Shown: positions 8,698-19,005 of the stretch, piece after piece
Layout of the letters: the number at the start of each line of letters is the position of its first letter
Position numbering within the stretch: position 1 is the stretch's first letter
Source: an uncultured Rhizobiaceae bacterium
GTDB lineage: Bacteria > Pseudomonadota > Alphaproteobacteria > UBA828
Assembly (NCBI GenBank): GCA_964624055.1
Contig: CAZUXZ010000135.1
Span: 1,365 to 65,364, forward strand
Length of the DNA: 64,000 nt
Direction of reading: 5' to 3'
Notes under the pieces: model-generated
Database searches by the model: none
Told to the model about the DNA's origin: nothing
The model's input: only the letters and a program-made list of their open reading frames with translations
Program-made: the position numbers and the translations under genes

Positions 8698-9444
8698 CTA
8701 AATTGTCAGGTATTCGTGAACGAGCTCGTCCGTCAACTTGTCGATTGATCCGCTCGCTTCAATTCGTCCCCTATCCATTATGACGAATTGATGCGCTAAT
8801 TTCTTGGCTATCTTGATGTGTTGCTCGGTTAGCACCAGTGTCAGCCCCACTTCCTTGTTTAGCCGCATGATGGTGGCCTCAATCTCCTGCACGATGTTGG
8901 GCTGGATTCCCTCCGTCGGCTCGTCGAGCAGCAAGATTTTCGGGTCGGTCGCAAGCGCACGAGCGATTGCCAATTGCTGTTGCTGGCCGCCAGATAGCTG
9001 GCCCGCACGCTTGTCGAGATTTTCAGCGAGATAAGGGAAAAGCTCAAGACAAAGGTCCGGGATTGCCCGCATTTGGTCGTGGCGCGCAAAGGTGCCAAGT
9101 TGGATATTTTCGCGCACCGAAAAATTTGGCAGAATTCCACGTCCCTGTGGAATATAGCCAACACCCGCAAACGAACGCTCGAAAGTCTCCTTATCGGTGG
9201 CATCCTCACCGGCAATACTAAGCTTACCAGTCATACGGGTTGTCAGCCCCATAACTGTGCGCACCAACGTCGTCTTACCTACTCCGTTGCGTCCCAACAC
9301 AGCCAGGCAATTTCCTTCTGGAATGCCCAGACTAAGGCCCTGAAGAATGGGCGTCTTACCGTAATAGGACGTAACATTTTCGAGCTCAAGCAGCATCGGT
9401 AATGCCTTCCGCACCGAGGTAGACCTCTTTGACCTTGGGATCAT
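8698..9444 (-). CDS. urtE: Urea/short-chain-amide ABC transporter ATP-binding protein (UrtE/LivF-type)
   Basis: Walker A GRNGVGKTT, signature LSGGQQQQLAIARAL, Walker B ILLLDEP. Fifth gene of a urtABCDE-ordered set. Confidence 0.7.
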   Translation of the reverse strand: MIPRSKRSTSVRKALPMLLELENVTSYYGKTPILQGLSLGIPEGNCLAVLGRNGVGKTTLVRTVMGLTTRMTGKLSIAGEDATDKETFERSFAGVGYIPQGRGILPNFSVRENIQLGTFARHDQMRAIPDLCLELFPYLAENLDKRAGQLSGGQQQQLAIARALATDPKILLLDEPTEGIQPNIVQEIEATIMRLNKEVGLTLVLTEQHIKIAKKLAHQFVIMDRGRIEASGSIDKLTDELVHEYLTI

Positions 9445-10141
9445 TCTCGACTTCCCGCATCGGTCCTTCCGCCAGGGTCTTGCCCAAATGCATTACGGTT
9501 ATAACGTCAGCGATCTCGCGCACGAAAGCCATGTCATGCTCCACGACCACGAGTGTGTGTTCGCCTTTAAGCCTATTGAAAATCTCTCCAGTCTTAAGCG
9601 TTTCCTGCTCGGTCATCCCCGCGGTTGGTTCGTCCATAAGCAAAAGCTTTGGACTCTGCGTGAGCACCATGCCGATCTCTAGCCACTGGGTTTCACCGTG
9701 CGAAAGGTTGCCGCCCAATTCGTCAAGACGCTCCTCCAAGCCGACCAACTCGATAACCTGCTGCAATCGCTCCTTTCCGTCATTGCGGCCAAAGCGCAAC
9801 ATGTTGAAAAAGGGATCAGTATTACGGCTAAATGATACCTGAAGATTCTCTCGCACAGACAAGTCTTTGAACACAGCAGGAACCTGAAATTTTCTACCGA
9901 CACCTTGTCGTGCAATTTTGTCTTCTCGCATACCGGTGATGTTGCGACCATCGAAAATTATCTTTCCAGAAGTGGCCTTCTGTCGCCCGGTGACCAAATC
10001 GATAGAGGTCGTCTTGCCAGCCCCGTTGGGGCCAAGAAGGCATCGCAATTCGCCTTCGTTGACTGAAAAGTTGAATTCATCGACTACCCTATATTCATCA
10101 TAGGCCTTGATCACGTCTATCAGTTGAAGGATTGCAGACAT
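9386..10141 (-). CDS. urtD: Urea/short-chain-amide ABC transporter ATP-binding protein (UrtD/LivG-type)
   Basis: Walker A GPNGAGKTT, LSHGETQWLEIGMVL signature, LLLMDEPTAGM. Confidence 0.7.
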   Translation of the reverse strand: MSAILQLIDVIKAYDEYRVVDEFNFSVNEGELRCLLGPNGAGKTTSIDLVTGRQKATSGKIIFDGRNITGMREDKIARQGVGRKFQVPAVFKDLSVRENLQVSFSRNTDPFFNMLRFGRNDGKERLQQVIELVGLEERLDELGGNLSHGETQWLEIGMVLTQSPKLLLMDEPTAGMTEQETLKTGEIFNRLKGEHTLVVVEHDMAFVREIADVITVMHLGKTLAEGPMREVENDPKVKEVYLGAEGITDAA

Positions 10142-10150
10142 GCCGGACCC

Positions 10151-11263
10151 CTAATCGCCCTGTGTCGCCGCACTGCGGTTCAAACCACCTGCTCGGTTAC
10201 CACGATACGGAATGTAACCAATAAGCCGTTCAAACAAGCCCGCCAATCCCTTCGGCGCGAACCGCACCACGACAATAAACACCGTTCCCAGAATGATGAA
10301 CCAAGTGGCCTGAAATTCGTCACCGACATAGCTCTCCGCCGCCTTGATGAACATCGCACCAAAGATCGCGCCGAAGAGCGACATGCGTCCGCCGACCGCG
10401 GCCCAAATAACGATCGTGATACTGAAAAAGATATCGAGTGCCGTAGGTGATACATACTGCGAGATCATCACCCAAACGAGCCCGCCCAAAGCAGCAATAA
10501 GACCGCCAAGCGCAAATAAAACAGTCTGATAGTAGGCAACGTTGTACCCCAGAAAACGAGCTCGCTCAGGGTCATCGCGGATGGCCTGCACGATTGTACC
10601 GAATTTAGTCTGTAGCAATGCCTTCGTGCCCAGCGTTAATGCAACGAGAACCCCAAGAGACACCCAGTAAATCAGATTGCTGTATGGTTCAACATCAACA
10701 CCGAACGCGTTGAAGGAACTCGGAGGAGAGATACCATTGAAGCCTGCGGTAAACGGTTGCATGTCGTAAGCCATGTTGTACCACGCGCCCAACATAGCGA
10801 GGGTCATAATGGCAACAAAGGCACCGGCCAGACGTGCCTGAAACATCATCAAACCAAATACGATGAAAAATACGACTGGTATTCCGATCGCCAAAATGAG
10901 GCCTAAATGTGTATGCCAAAATGGTTCCCACACCGTTGGCAAGGCCTCTAACTCATTCGTAAGCATGAAGCTCGGAATGGGATCATTTACCGGATCTTGA
11001 TATTGCATCTGCATGGTCGCACCCATTCCGTAGGCTGCCATGCCATATGCGATGCCTTGGCCAAGGCTTAGAATACCGCCATAGCCCCAAACCAGGCTGA
11101 CCGATAGCGCCAATATACCAAACACCCCGTAACGGGCGTATTGGTTCATCGTGAAAGGATCGTCCATCAGCAACGGAATGATCGCCAGGACCCCAAAAAA
11201 CACAACATAAACGGCCCATTGGGCTCTTTTGTCGTGATAGAGATTTGTCCGTTGCACTTCCAA
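10151..11263 (-). CDS. urtC: Urea/short-chain-amide ABC transporter permease (UrtC/LivM-type)
   Basis: 370-aa polytopic membrane protein of the branched-chain-amino-acid permease fold. Position between urtB and urtD. Confidence 0.7.
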   Translation of the reverse strand: MEVQRTNLYHDKRAQWAVYVVFFGVLAIIPLLMDDPFTMNQYARYGVFGILALSVSLVWGYGGILSLGQGIAYGMAAYGMGATMQMQYQDPVNDPIPSFMLTNELEALPTVWEPFWHTHLGLILAIGIPVVFFIVFGLMMFQARLAGAFVAIMTLAMLGAWYNMAYDMQPFTAGFNGISPPSSFNAFGVDVEPYSNLIYWVSLGVLVALTLGTKALLQTKFGTIVQAIRDDPERARFLGYNVAYYQTVLFALGGLIAALGGLVWVMISQYVSPTALDIFFSITIVIWAAVGGRMSLFGAIFGAMFIKAAESYVGDEFQATWFIILGTVFIVVVRFAPKGLAGLFERLIGYIPYRGNRAGGLNRSAATQGD

Positions 11264-11287
11264 AATTCTCCCTGCCCGAACCCTTTA

Positions 11288-12190
11288 TTAGCGCCGCGCC
11301 ATGTTCGGCGTAAAAATACCCTGCGGACGGAAACGCAGGAAGATGACGATAAGTACAAAGAGGACGAACCGACCAAAAGTGTCGTTGGTGAAATAAGAAA
11401 AGATTGAGAACATCTCGCCCATAATGCCGGCTGTAGCCACGCTGCCTACCACTTGCCCACCACCAGTTACGACCACCAAAAAAGCCTCTACAACGTAGCC
11501 TAGACCCATATCGGGAAAGATTGTCTTCAAACCCGAAAACATGGCACCGGAAATGCCAGCAAGCCCGGCGCCATATGCGAATGTAAGACCATAAACCCGC
11601 TTTGAATTGATCCCGAATGAGGCAGCCATCTCTTTGTTTTGCATCACCGCCCTGATCTGAATTCCCATGTTAGTCTTGAACAGCATTGCAAAGGTCATCA
11701 AAACGAGGGCGATTGCCAGACCAAAAATAAATATCCGCATCCAAGGGATGTAGATGAAGTCAATCTCTGCAACTGTCTTTAGATATGACGGCGCATCAAT
11801 GTATTGCGGTTCTCCACCAAAGATCAGGCGGATACTCTGAATCAAAACCAAAGATACGCCCCAGGTTGCAAGAAGCGTGTCCAATGGTCGGTCATATAGA
11901 TGTCGTATGAGACCGCGTTCGACTAACCAGCCAACAAAACCAACAATGAAAAAGGATAATGGCAAACAAAGGAGCCATGGGATGCCAATGAAATACTGCA
12001 TAACCCAAGTAGAATAGGCACCCAGCATAATGAATTCGCCATGCGCCATGTTAATGACGCCCATGGTGCCATAGATGATTGTCAGACCGAGCGCTGCAAC
12101 AAGCCAAATACTGGCGATGCTAAGACCAATTATGAGCGCGTTGATGAAAGGCTCTAGCGCAAACGGAGTCCAGAAATCATGGACACTCAT
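11288..12190 (-). CDS. urtB: Urea/short-chain-amide ABC transporter permease (UrtB/LivH-type)
   Basis: 300-aa polytopic membrane protein (LivH-like). Follows urtA. Confidence 0.7.
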   Translation of the reverse strand: MSVHDFWTPFALEPFINALIIGLSIASIWLVAALGLTIIYGTMGVINMAHGEFIMLGAYSTWVMQYFIGIPWLLCLPLSFFIVGFVGWLVERGLIRHLYDRPLDTLLATWGVSLVLIQSIRLIFGGEPQYIDAPSYLKTVAEIDFIYIPWMRIFIFGLAIALVLMTFAMLFKTNMGIQIRAVMQNKEMAASFGINSKRVYGLTFAYGAGLAGISGAMFSGLKTIFPDMGLGYVVEAFLVVVTGGGQVVGSVATAGIMGEMFSIFSYFTNDTFGRFVLFVLIVIFLRFRPQGIFTPNMARR

Positions 12191-12452
12191 AGACTATCTC
12201 GCCTCCCCGTCTGCGCCGTCTTCTTTAGCCTGGACATTTTGCCCAGTTCAAATGAGCGAAAATCTCGCCAAATACGCATACCGAATTTAATACTCTGTAA
12301 CTTACTACAGCACGACAAGCCGCATCGTCCAGCATGAAGCGCAACGAGACTATATGATCCAGCGCAACTTTGCTGCGTCGGTTGAATGCCTCTGAGAAAA
12401 TTCTTTGAAGGCAGGGCGGCACCTTGGGTGCCGCCCCTCTTTCAAACGGTGC

Positions 12453-13811
12453 TTAGAGCACGTCCTTCTGAATGGTTCCGTCAGGCTTATGCAAGCCGTC
12501 TGCTTTACACACGCCACGGTCCGGATAGATAGAGAAAGGATCGGGGAATACGTGCTCATCAGCCTCTTTCACGATCTTGAACTGGCCATCAGCACCACAT
12601 TGCCCAATTTTCGGTTTTAACCAGATATTGAAGTTGTCCGGGTCAATCCAAACCTTGCCTTCCGGAGATTCCTCGTCGGACAATCCAATTGGTCCCTGAC
12701 CGTTCCAATTCCCTGTAACGTCGCGGATCATACGCGGGGTGATAGCTTCCCAATCGCCGCCCGTATGTTCCAGCGCCCGCTCAACGCCTTTAGCCCAAAT
12801 CAGAATACCGAGATAAGTTTCCTCCATATTGTAGTGGGTAACACCACCACCACCGTATTGGCTGGAGAGATAATCGTTCACAAATTTCTCGTTAGTAGGA
12901 TTGGGTAGAGTTTGGAAATAAGGCGCTGACAAGAAGTGCCCCGCACCCGCTTCATTACCCATTGCTCTCGTCTCGATTTCCCCAGTGGTCAGGGCTGCAA
13001 TAGGCATTTTGTCAGACTTGAAACCTTCCTGGAGAAACTGACGATGAAGAGCAATGTCAGAATCGCCCACAACTGTCGACATTATCCAATCTGGTTCTTG
13101 TTGACGTATTTTATTGAAAACTGGTGAAAATTCAGAGCCGCCCAGTGGCACGTAATCCTCGCCGACTACCTCGCCGCCTGCACGCTCCAGCCAAACTTTT
13201 ACATTTTTATTGGACTCTTTCGGCCAAATATAATTTGAGCCCACAAGATATACTTTAGGTCCAAAGTTTTTGACCATATATGGCACCAAATCATATGAGT
13301 GCTGGTTTGCCAGTGGGCCAGTATTGATAATATTCTGCATGCACTCGCGACCCTCATAACAGGTCGGGTAATAATACAGATGATCCCACTTGATAAAGAT
13401 CGGCATCACAGCACGACGGCTCGCTGATGTGTAGCTGCCATGAATGCTTACGCAGCGGTCCCGCAGAATGAGCTGCGTCGCCTTTTCAGAATAGACCTTG
13501 ATGTCAGACTTAGCGTCCACAACCACGGGTTCAATTTCCTTACCCGCAATACCACCCCGGCCATTCAGAATATCGACTGCGAATAGCGATACTTGGGTGG
13601 AATCGTTCTCGACAACGCTCAAGTTCCCGGTCTGCGACCACAGCATGCCGACCTTGATCTTGCCGTCGTTATCGATCCAGGGTTTTGCGCCCCAAGCCTG
13701 GTTGAAGTCTTTGATGTAAATATCTGGGAAACCAGCCGCTACTCCTGCTGCAGCGGCCGCAGTGCCCGTGACGAATGTACGCCGACTTACTTTCATGTAC
13801 TCAGCCTCCAA
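12453..13811 (-). CDS. urtA: Urea/short-chain-amide ABC transporter substrate-binding protein (UrtA/FmdD-type), Tat signal
   Basis: 452 aa. Twin-arginine leader SRRTFVTGTAAAAAGVAAG. IKVGMLWSQTGNLSVVE...GKEIEPVVVD...GSYTSASRRAVMPIF...YYPTCYEG matches the UrtA pattern (IKVGILHSLSGTMAISE...EPVVVD). Confidence 0.75.
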   Translation of the reverse strand: MEAEYMKVSRRTFVTGTAAAAAGVAAGFPDIYIKDFNQAWGAKPWIDNDGKIKVGMLWSQTGNLSVVENDSTQVSLFAVDILNGRGGIAGKEIEPVVVDAKSDIKVYSEKATQLILRDRCVSIHGSYTSASRRAVMPIFIKWDHLYYYPTCYEGRECMQNIINTGPLANQHSYDLVPYMVKNFGPKVYLVGSNYIWPKESNKNVKVWLERAGGEVVGEDYVPLGGSEFSPVFNKIRQQEPDWIMSTVVGDSDIALHRQFLQEGFKSDKMPIAALTTGEIETRAMGNEAGAGHFLSAPYFQTLPNPTNEKFVNDYLSSQYGGGGVTHYNMEETYLGILIWAKGVERALEHTGGDWEAITPRMIRDVTGNWNGQGPIGLSDEESPEGKVWIDPDNFNIWLKPKIGQCGADGQFKIVKEADEHVFPDPFSIYPDRGVCKADGLHKPDGTIQKDVL

Positions 13812-13981
13812 TTGGGTTTTTCTGGTTACTTTCGACTAAAGAGCCAAAACTGGTTTCTTGGAGCAACGATGACGGTGCGTCCGGTGATACCTATGCAATT
13901 TAGTTTCCTCGCAGTGACTTCTTTGTCAAGCCCAATTTACCCCTAAATAGGGCCATTCCACATGTATCCTTAAGGGTCGTT

Positions 13982-15235
13982 TTACTCATCCGGATAGACG
14001 TCAAAGGCAATGCCGATACGTTCCTCAGAGCCTGTAAACGGAATTGTGCCGTGGAAAAAGTAGGAAGGGAAAATTAGCGCAAGCCCTGCCTGAACCGGTT
14101 TTGCCGTTGTTACAGGGTCGAATCCGGCAGGTGCTGGATAGTCAGGACGGCCGAACTCGAGCCAACCAGCGTGCTCTGTATCCTCAGCGCTAACTACGCC
14201 CGGAACCTTGACGTAATAAACGCCACTCAACCAGGCAGATTCATGAATATGCGTAGGATGACGCCCACCAGCATTTAGTATCGAGGCGATAAAGGTAAGG
14301 TGGTATGATTTGGGAACTCGCCCGAGCAGCGGGTGACCTGGTGTCTCAACCACAGATTCTCGGTAAATTTCTAACGCACCGCGCAGGGCACGCTCGAATG
14401 CTTTTATGGTCTGTGATGGATTGAGCAGCATATCGCCAGTCACTGCACCACCGGTGGTCACCCGGTTGAAAGGCTCCCAAATCAGGGTGGGATGTTTTCG
14501 TACTGCCTCCGCCAGGGCATCATTGAACTGGTTCAACCCCACATAGCTGTTTGGTACCTCCAACTCAGCAGGATGAATCATCCGTTCGTAATCACAGAGT
14601 TCACGAGCTTCTTCGCCACGGCCCAACGATTGCAGAGCCATGGATTTATAGGCAAGGGCGTGCTGGCAATGTGGGTCTATAGCGAGACATGCAGCGCAGG
14701 CACCGAGCGCGTCTTCGGCCTCGTTGCGCTGAAGATAGGCTGAGGCGAGTCTGTAGGCTGCCTCGCGGTGTCCAGGATCGAAAGACAGGGCGGAGCGATA
14801 ACAATCGACCGCACGCTCCAACTCGCTCTGCACTTGATAGGCATTTCCCAGGTTGGAATAAGCCCCGGCGTATTTGGGTCGGATTTCCAAGGCCCGTGTA
14901 ATATGCGTAACCGCTTCATCGAGGTTGCCTTTTTCTAGAAGCACGATGCCCAAACTGTTGTGTGCTTCGGCATAGTCAGGCGCAACCGATACCGCGGCGG
15001 ATAATTGCTCGATGGATTCGTCATACCGGCCGAGTTGATAGAGCGCGACACCGAGATAGTGCAGCCCATCCGGATGTTTAGGATGAGCCTTCACAACTCG
15101 GGAAAGTAAACTTTCGGCTCGATTCAATTTGCCTGCTTTAATATCGCCGACAGCTCGCTGCAGTGAGGCATCCGGGCTCCCACTTCGCCCACTCCTCGAG
15201 ACCTTTTCCTGTCGCCGCCGTTCCGCTCTGTTCAT
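13982..15235 (-). CDS. TPR-repeat protein with C-terminal 2OG-Fe(II) oxygenase-like domain
   Basis: 417 aa. Four to five TPR units (YLGVALYQLGRYDESI, HNSLGIVLLEKGNLDEAV, YSNLGNAYQVQSELERAV). C-terminus PTHIHESAW...SYFFHGTIPF resembles the 2OG-FeII_Oxy_5 fold. Confidence 0.65.
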   Translation of the reverse strand: MNRAERRRQEKVSRSGRSGSPDASLQRAVGDIKAGKLNRAESLLSRVVKAHPKHPDGLHYLGVALYQLGRYDESIEQLSAAVSVAPDYAEAHNSLGIVLLEKGNLDEAVTHITRALEIRPKYAGAYSNLGNAYQVQSELERAVDCYRSALSFDPGHREAAYRLASAYLQRNEAEDALGACAACLAIDPHCQHALAYKSMALQSLGRGEEARELCDYERMIHPAELEVPNSYVGLNQFNDALAEAVRKHPTLIWEPFNRVTTGGAVTGDMLLNPSQTIKAFERALRGALEIYRESVVETPGHPLLGRVPKSYHLTFIASILNAGGRHPTHIHESAWLSGVYYVKVPGVVSAEDTEHAGWLEFGRPDYPAPAGFDPVTTAKPVQAGLALIFPSYFFHGTIPFTGSEERIGIAFDVYPDE

Positions 15236-15558
15236 GCGAAGATATTAGCCACCAGTGCGGCATCCACGTAAGCCCCAATATGGCGAACGGTAGTACCAGT
15301 CGGTGATGGCCATATATGATAGCTCTAAATTTTGGTGGGGTTTAGACGCCGATCATCCCTCGCCGATAGGCATTGGATTCAATTTAAAAGAAGTTCCTAT
15401 ACCGCTTGGCGACAATATGTAGTGCTTCAACCATAACTTGACATTTTGGGGTACCCAGGGGGAACCCAGGGGCAATTTATTCATTTTGGGTACTTTAGAT
15501 AATCCGGTGACGGTAATCCCGGCCGAACTATTGAAAGCAATTTAGGCGTGGGCGGCGC

Positions 15559-15744
15559 TTAGCGCGCAGTCAATCCGACATTGATAAACGGGGTGTCTAG
15601 TGCCGATCCCAATACAATCATCAAAATAAGAAACGCCCAGAAAATATTGTTCCAAACAAGATTAAGAATAAATTTGGTGTTTGGCGACATGTCGTTTTGC
15701 CCCCCACTTCCTAGCATTAAGTTGCCAGGAAAATGTACTAACAC
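15559..15744 (-). CDS. Possible small hydrophobic protein (61 aa)
   Basis: ORF starts 43 bp downstream of the PPTase stop, co-directional. Has a WAFLILMIVLGSAL hydrophobic span. No other support. Confidence 0.2.
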   Translation of the reverse strand: MLVHFPGNLMLGSGGQNDMSPNTKFILNLVWNNIFWAFLILMIVLGSALDTPFINVGLTAR

Positions 15745-15786
15745 TTATCCCAAACCTGGACAATGTCTTTGCAACCGTCAGACTGA

Positions 15787-16569
15787 CTATGCCACGCAGA
15801 GAGCCGATGCGCTGGAAAACTCGAACGAAAACCTATCGCCCGCCCCACCGGCAAGGATGTGGCAATGCAATTTCTGCGCCCGCAAGATTGGCTGCGATCG
15901 CTGCAAAGCCACGGCAAGCGCGGAGCCCGCACGATCGCGACCGGCGACAAGCAGCCATTCACTTGTCTGCCCGTTCGGCGGAGTGGAAAGCCATTGGAGA
16001 CATCGACCATACCGCGCCAAACTCACGCCTGACATACCAGCCCAGATGGTGCATCCACTTGCTTTTACTATGCTCTCCTTAAGACACCAGAGAATCACCG
16101 CGGCGGCCTCGGCACCCGCGCCAAGTCGGTAGAGTTGACGCTTTTCAGCTTCAGAAAATAACTGCCGCGCGATGCGCAGAATAGTGATTGCTCGGCGTTC
16201 CTGCTCAATATCCGCACCGATCCGCTCTGCGCGGGCGACGGCCAAAATTGTGTCGCTACGCGAATGGGAAAGGCTGAAGACCAGACCCTCGGCCTGATCC
16301 GGCCTTAAGTCTGGCTTTCCATTCGGGCCATAGACAAACCGAAATTCTTCCGGACGAAGAGCGAGATGTGCTGCCAGGCTGCGCCGCATCAAAACCCGAC
16401 CTAGCAAAAATTGATTGGCTGCTCGGGAATCACGAAAAGAACGGTGACGTTCAATTTCATCGGGCACAAGTAAAGTAAATCCTTCCCGGCAAAGCCGATC
16501 AAACTCGCGCGGGGACCTTGGCGGGAACCAAAGATGGACGTCGTTTTGGCCTATGGGATGAAACTTCAC
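15787..16569 (-). CDS. 4'-phosphopantetheinyl transferase (Sfp/EntD type)
   Basis: FSLSHS and WCLKESIVKASG ([W/F]xxKE[A/S]xxK) PPTase motifs. Last gene of the aryl-polyene cluster. Confidence 0.8.
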   Translation of the reverse strand: MKFHPIGQNDVHLWFPPRSPREFDRLCREGFTLLVPDEIERHRSFRDSRAANQFLLGRVLMRRSLAAHLALRPEEFRFVYGPNGKPDLRPDQAEGLVFSLSHSRSDTILAVARAERIGADIEQERRAITILRIARQLFSEAEKRQLYRLGAGAEAAAVILWCLKESIVKASGCTIWAGMSGVSLARYGRCLQWLSTPPNGQTSEWLLVAGRDRAGSALAVALQRSQPILRAQKLHCHILAGGAGDRFSFEFSSASALCVA

Positions 16570-16595
16570 GGATTCAATCCAATCGGACCGATGAC

Positions 16596-17822
16596 TTAAT
16601 TTAATCGACGAAAAATCAACGATGTATTAAGGCCGCCAAAGGCAAAATTATTGCACATGACGTGCTCGACTTGGTCCTGGCGACCATCGTCAACTATATA
16701 TTCGAGTTCGGCGCATTCTGGATCGATACGGTTAAGATTGATGGTCGGCGCAAACCAGTTACGGTTCATCATCTCTATTGTCATCCACGCCTCGAGACTA
16801 CCGCAAGCGCCCAGCGTGTGGCCAAAGTAACTCTTGAGTGAACTAATCGGCACGGCACGGCCAAGCGTAGCACGCGTGGCATGGGTTTCCGCGATGTCTC
16901 CAAGGTCCGTCGCCGTGCCATGCGCACTGACATACTCGATGGCCTCCGGTGCGAGATCCGCGTCGTCGAGCGCCAATTGCATCGCAACGGCCATCGTCTC
17001 TGACGTTGGCTGCGTCACGTGCTGCCCGTCTGAATTCGTGCCAAAGCCAAGAATTTCGGCGCATATAGGCGCTCCTCGCGCCTGGGCATAATCGAGGTCC
17101 TCAAGAACAAACGTGGCGCTGCCTTCTCCAACAACCATACCGTCACGTTCAGCGTCGAATGGACGAGGCGTTTCCGTCGGCGAATCATTAAGCGTACTGG
17201 TAGCGAACAAAGTGTCGAACACCGCAGCCTGCGACGCACAGATCTCCTCCGCTCCACCGGCGAGCATAACCGTTTGCTTACCCTGCCTAATCGTCTCAAA
17301 TGCGGCACCGATTGCTAGGCTGCCAGAGGTGCAGGCACTCGATGTCGGAATAAGGCGACCGCATATCCCAAAAAAAACCGAAACATTCACAGCGGTGGTA
17401 TGCGACATCATTTGAATATACGAGTTAGCCTTCACCGAATCCGTGTTGTGAGTAATGTCCATCATGGCAAGTTCGCGCAAGGCCGATGGAGAACCCGACG
17501 AAGAGCCGTAGGCGACACCGGTCTTTCCGCTGGTCAAAATCGGATCGCCGATTAATCCGGCGTCTTCTAGGGCAAGCTCGCTGCTGCGCGTCGCCAGCAT
17601 TGCGACGCGCCCCATACTTCGCATACGCCGACGATCATAATGTTTCGGCAACTCAAATTCTCTTATCGAGGCACCTAGACGCGTATTGAGGCCCTCATAC
17701 ACATCCCATTCCGACATGTAACGCACCCCGCTCAGGCGCCCCCGCAAGGCACTTTCGACTTCCCACCAGTTGAGACCTATTGGCGAAAAGCCAGCCATTG
17801 CAGTTACCGCAACACGCCGCAT
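16596..17822 (-). CDS. Beta-ketoacyl-ACP synthase (KAS I/II-like, ApeR-like)
   Basis: Active-site Cys in TSSACTSGSLAIG, His in SAHGTATD and GHTLGACG. Confidence 0.85.
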   Translation of the reverse strand: MRRVAVTAMAGFSPIGLNWWEVESALRGRLSGVRYMSEWDVYEGLNTRLGASIREFELPKHYDRRRMRSMGRVAMLATRSSELALEDAGLIGDPILTSGKTGVAYGSSSGSPSALRELAMMDITHNTDSVKANSYIQMMSHTTAVNVSVFFGICGRLIPTSSACTSGSLAIGAAFETIRQGKQTVMLAGGAEEICASQAAVFDTLFATSTLNDSPTETPRPFDAERDGMVVGEGSATFVLEDLDYAQARGAPICAEILGFGTNSDGQHVTQPTSETMAVAMQLALDDADLAPEAIEYVSAHGTATDLGDIAETHATRATLGRAVPISSLKSYFGHTLGACGSLEAWMTIEMMNRNWFAPTINLNRIDPECAELEYIVDDGRQDQVEHVMCNNFAFGGLNTSLIFRRLN

Positions 17823-18547
17823 CAGATCATCCCACCATTCACGGAAATTACCTGGCGTGTGATATATTCTGCATCGTCCGAAAACAAATAATCTACTAAG
17901 CTAGCGATTTCCTCCGGCCGGCCCATTCTGCGTGCCGGAACCATTTCGCGCACTATATCCTCGTCTATGCCCTTCGTCATGTCCGTCTCAATCAAGCCTG
18001 GCGCAACGCAATTCACTGTAATCCGGCGCTTTGCCAACTCCACCGCCAGCGCCTTTGTCGCAGCAATCAAGCCGCCCTTCGCAGCGCTATAATTTACCTG
18101 ACCACGATTGCCGACGATGCCAGATACGGAGGACATGACGACTATCCGTCCACCATTTCGTTCTTGAACCATTGGCATAATAATGGGCTGTAAAACATTA
18201 TAAAACCCGTCTAAATTTGTCCGGAGCACATTGTCCCACTCCTCACCACTCATTGCGGGAAAACTATTGTCGCTGTGTATGCCAGAATTGCATACAACCC
18301 CATAATATGTGCCGTTGATTGTCATGTCATCGGTAATTAACGCGTCGCACGTTTGCCGATCCCTGACATCAAACTGCAAGACACGGGCGTTGGAACCAGC
18401 GGATTGAATGGTCTGCGCAACCTCATCGGCAGCCGATTGATTACTGTTGCAATGAACAACGACCTCGAACCCCCGGGCGCCCAACCTCAGAGCAATCTGT
18501 TTTCCTATTCCACCGCTGGCGCCAGTGACGAGTACCCTCTTAATCAT
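17822..18547 (-). CDS. 3-oxoacyl-ACP reductase (SDR, FabG/ApeQ-like)
   Basis: TGASGGIGKQIALRL Rossmann motif and SDR catalytic YSAAK. ATG overlaps the upstream stop. Confidence 0.85.
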   Translation of the reverse strand: MIKRVLVTGASGGIGKQIALRLGARGFEVVVHCNSNQSAADEVAQTIQSAGSNARVLQFDVRDRQTCDALITDDMTINGTYYGVVCNSGIHSDNSFPAMSGEEWDNVLRTNLDGFYNVLQPIIMPMVQERNGGRIVVMSSVSGIVGNRGQVNYSAAKGGLIAATKALAVELAKRRITVNCVAPGLIETDMTKGIDEDIVREMVPARRMGRPEEIASLVDYLFSDDAEYITRQVISVNGGMI

Positions 18548-19005
18548 GTTTCTATTCCAGACAGCACCGAGGCTATGTCCTGAGGCTGATAAACATTAAT
18601 TCGCGCTGTAGCTAAGCGAGATTCGCTCTCGATATTACAATCGAAAACCGCCATTTGATCATTGCACCATTCTTGACGAGCGTGAATGCGCAAATAGTCC
18701 CCCAAAACAAAATATTCCGTCATCGCTTCGAAGCGGCGTGTCCCCAACAGGAGTCCAATCTTGATATCACTACCGCTCCGTTTGGCCTCGATTCCCGCAT
18801 ACATGGCCACGGTCTGTGCCATGTATTCAATGCCGGTCCAGACTGGCACTCCAGCGCCAGGTTCATAAAGCAAGCTATCCTCGCCGATACGCACACCGGA
18901 CTCCACCCAGTCCGCGCCAACCGCCAACACGTCATCAATCACAATCATCTCGCCACTGTGCGGTAGCAATTCAGAAACCGACCATGGCAGTTGTGTTAAC
19001 GCCAT
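18544..19005 (-). CDS. Hotdog-fold 3-hydroxyacyl-ACP dehydratase (ApeP-like)
   Basis: 153-aa hotdog protein (GIEYMAQTVAMYAGI) between the KS and KR genes, as in APE clusters. Confidence 0.7.
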   Translation of the reverse strand: MALTQLPWSVSELLPHSGEMIVIDDVLAVGADWVESGVRIGEDSLLYEPGAGVPVWTGIEYMAQTVAMYAGIEAKRSGSDIKIGLLLGTRRFEAMTEYFVLGDYLRIHARQEWCNDQMAVFDCNIESESRLATARINVYQPQDIASVLSGIET

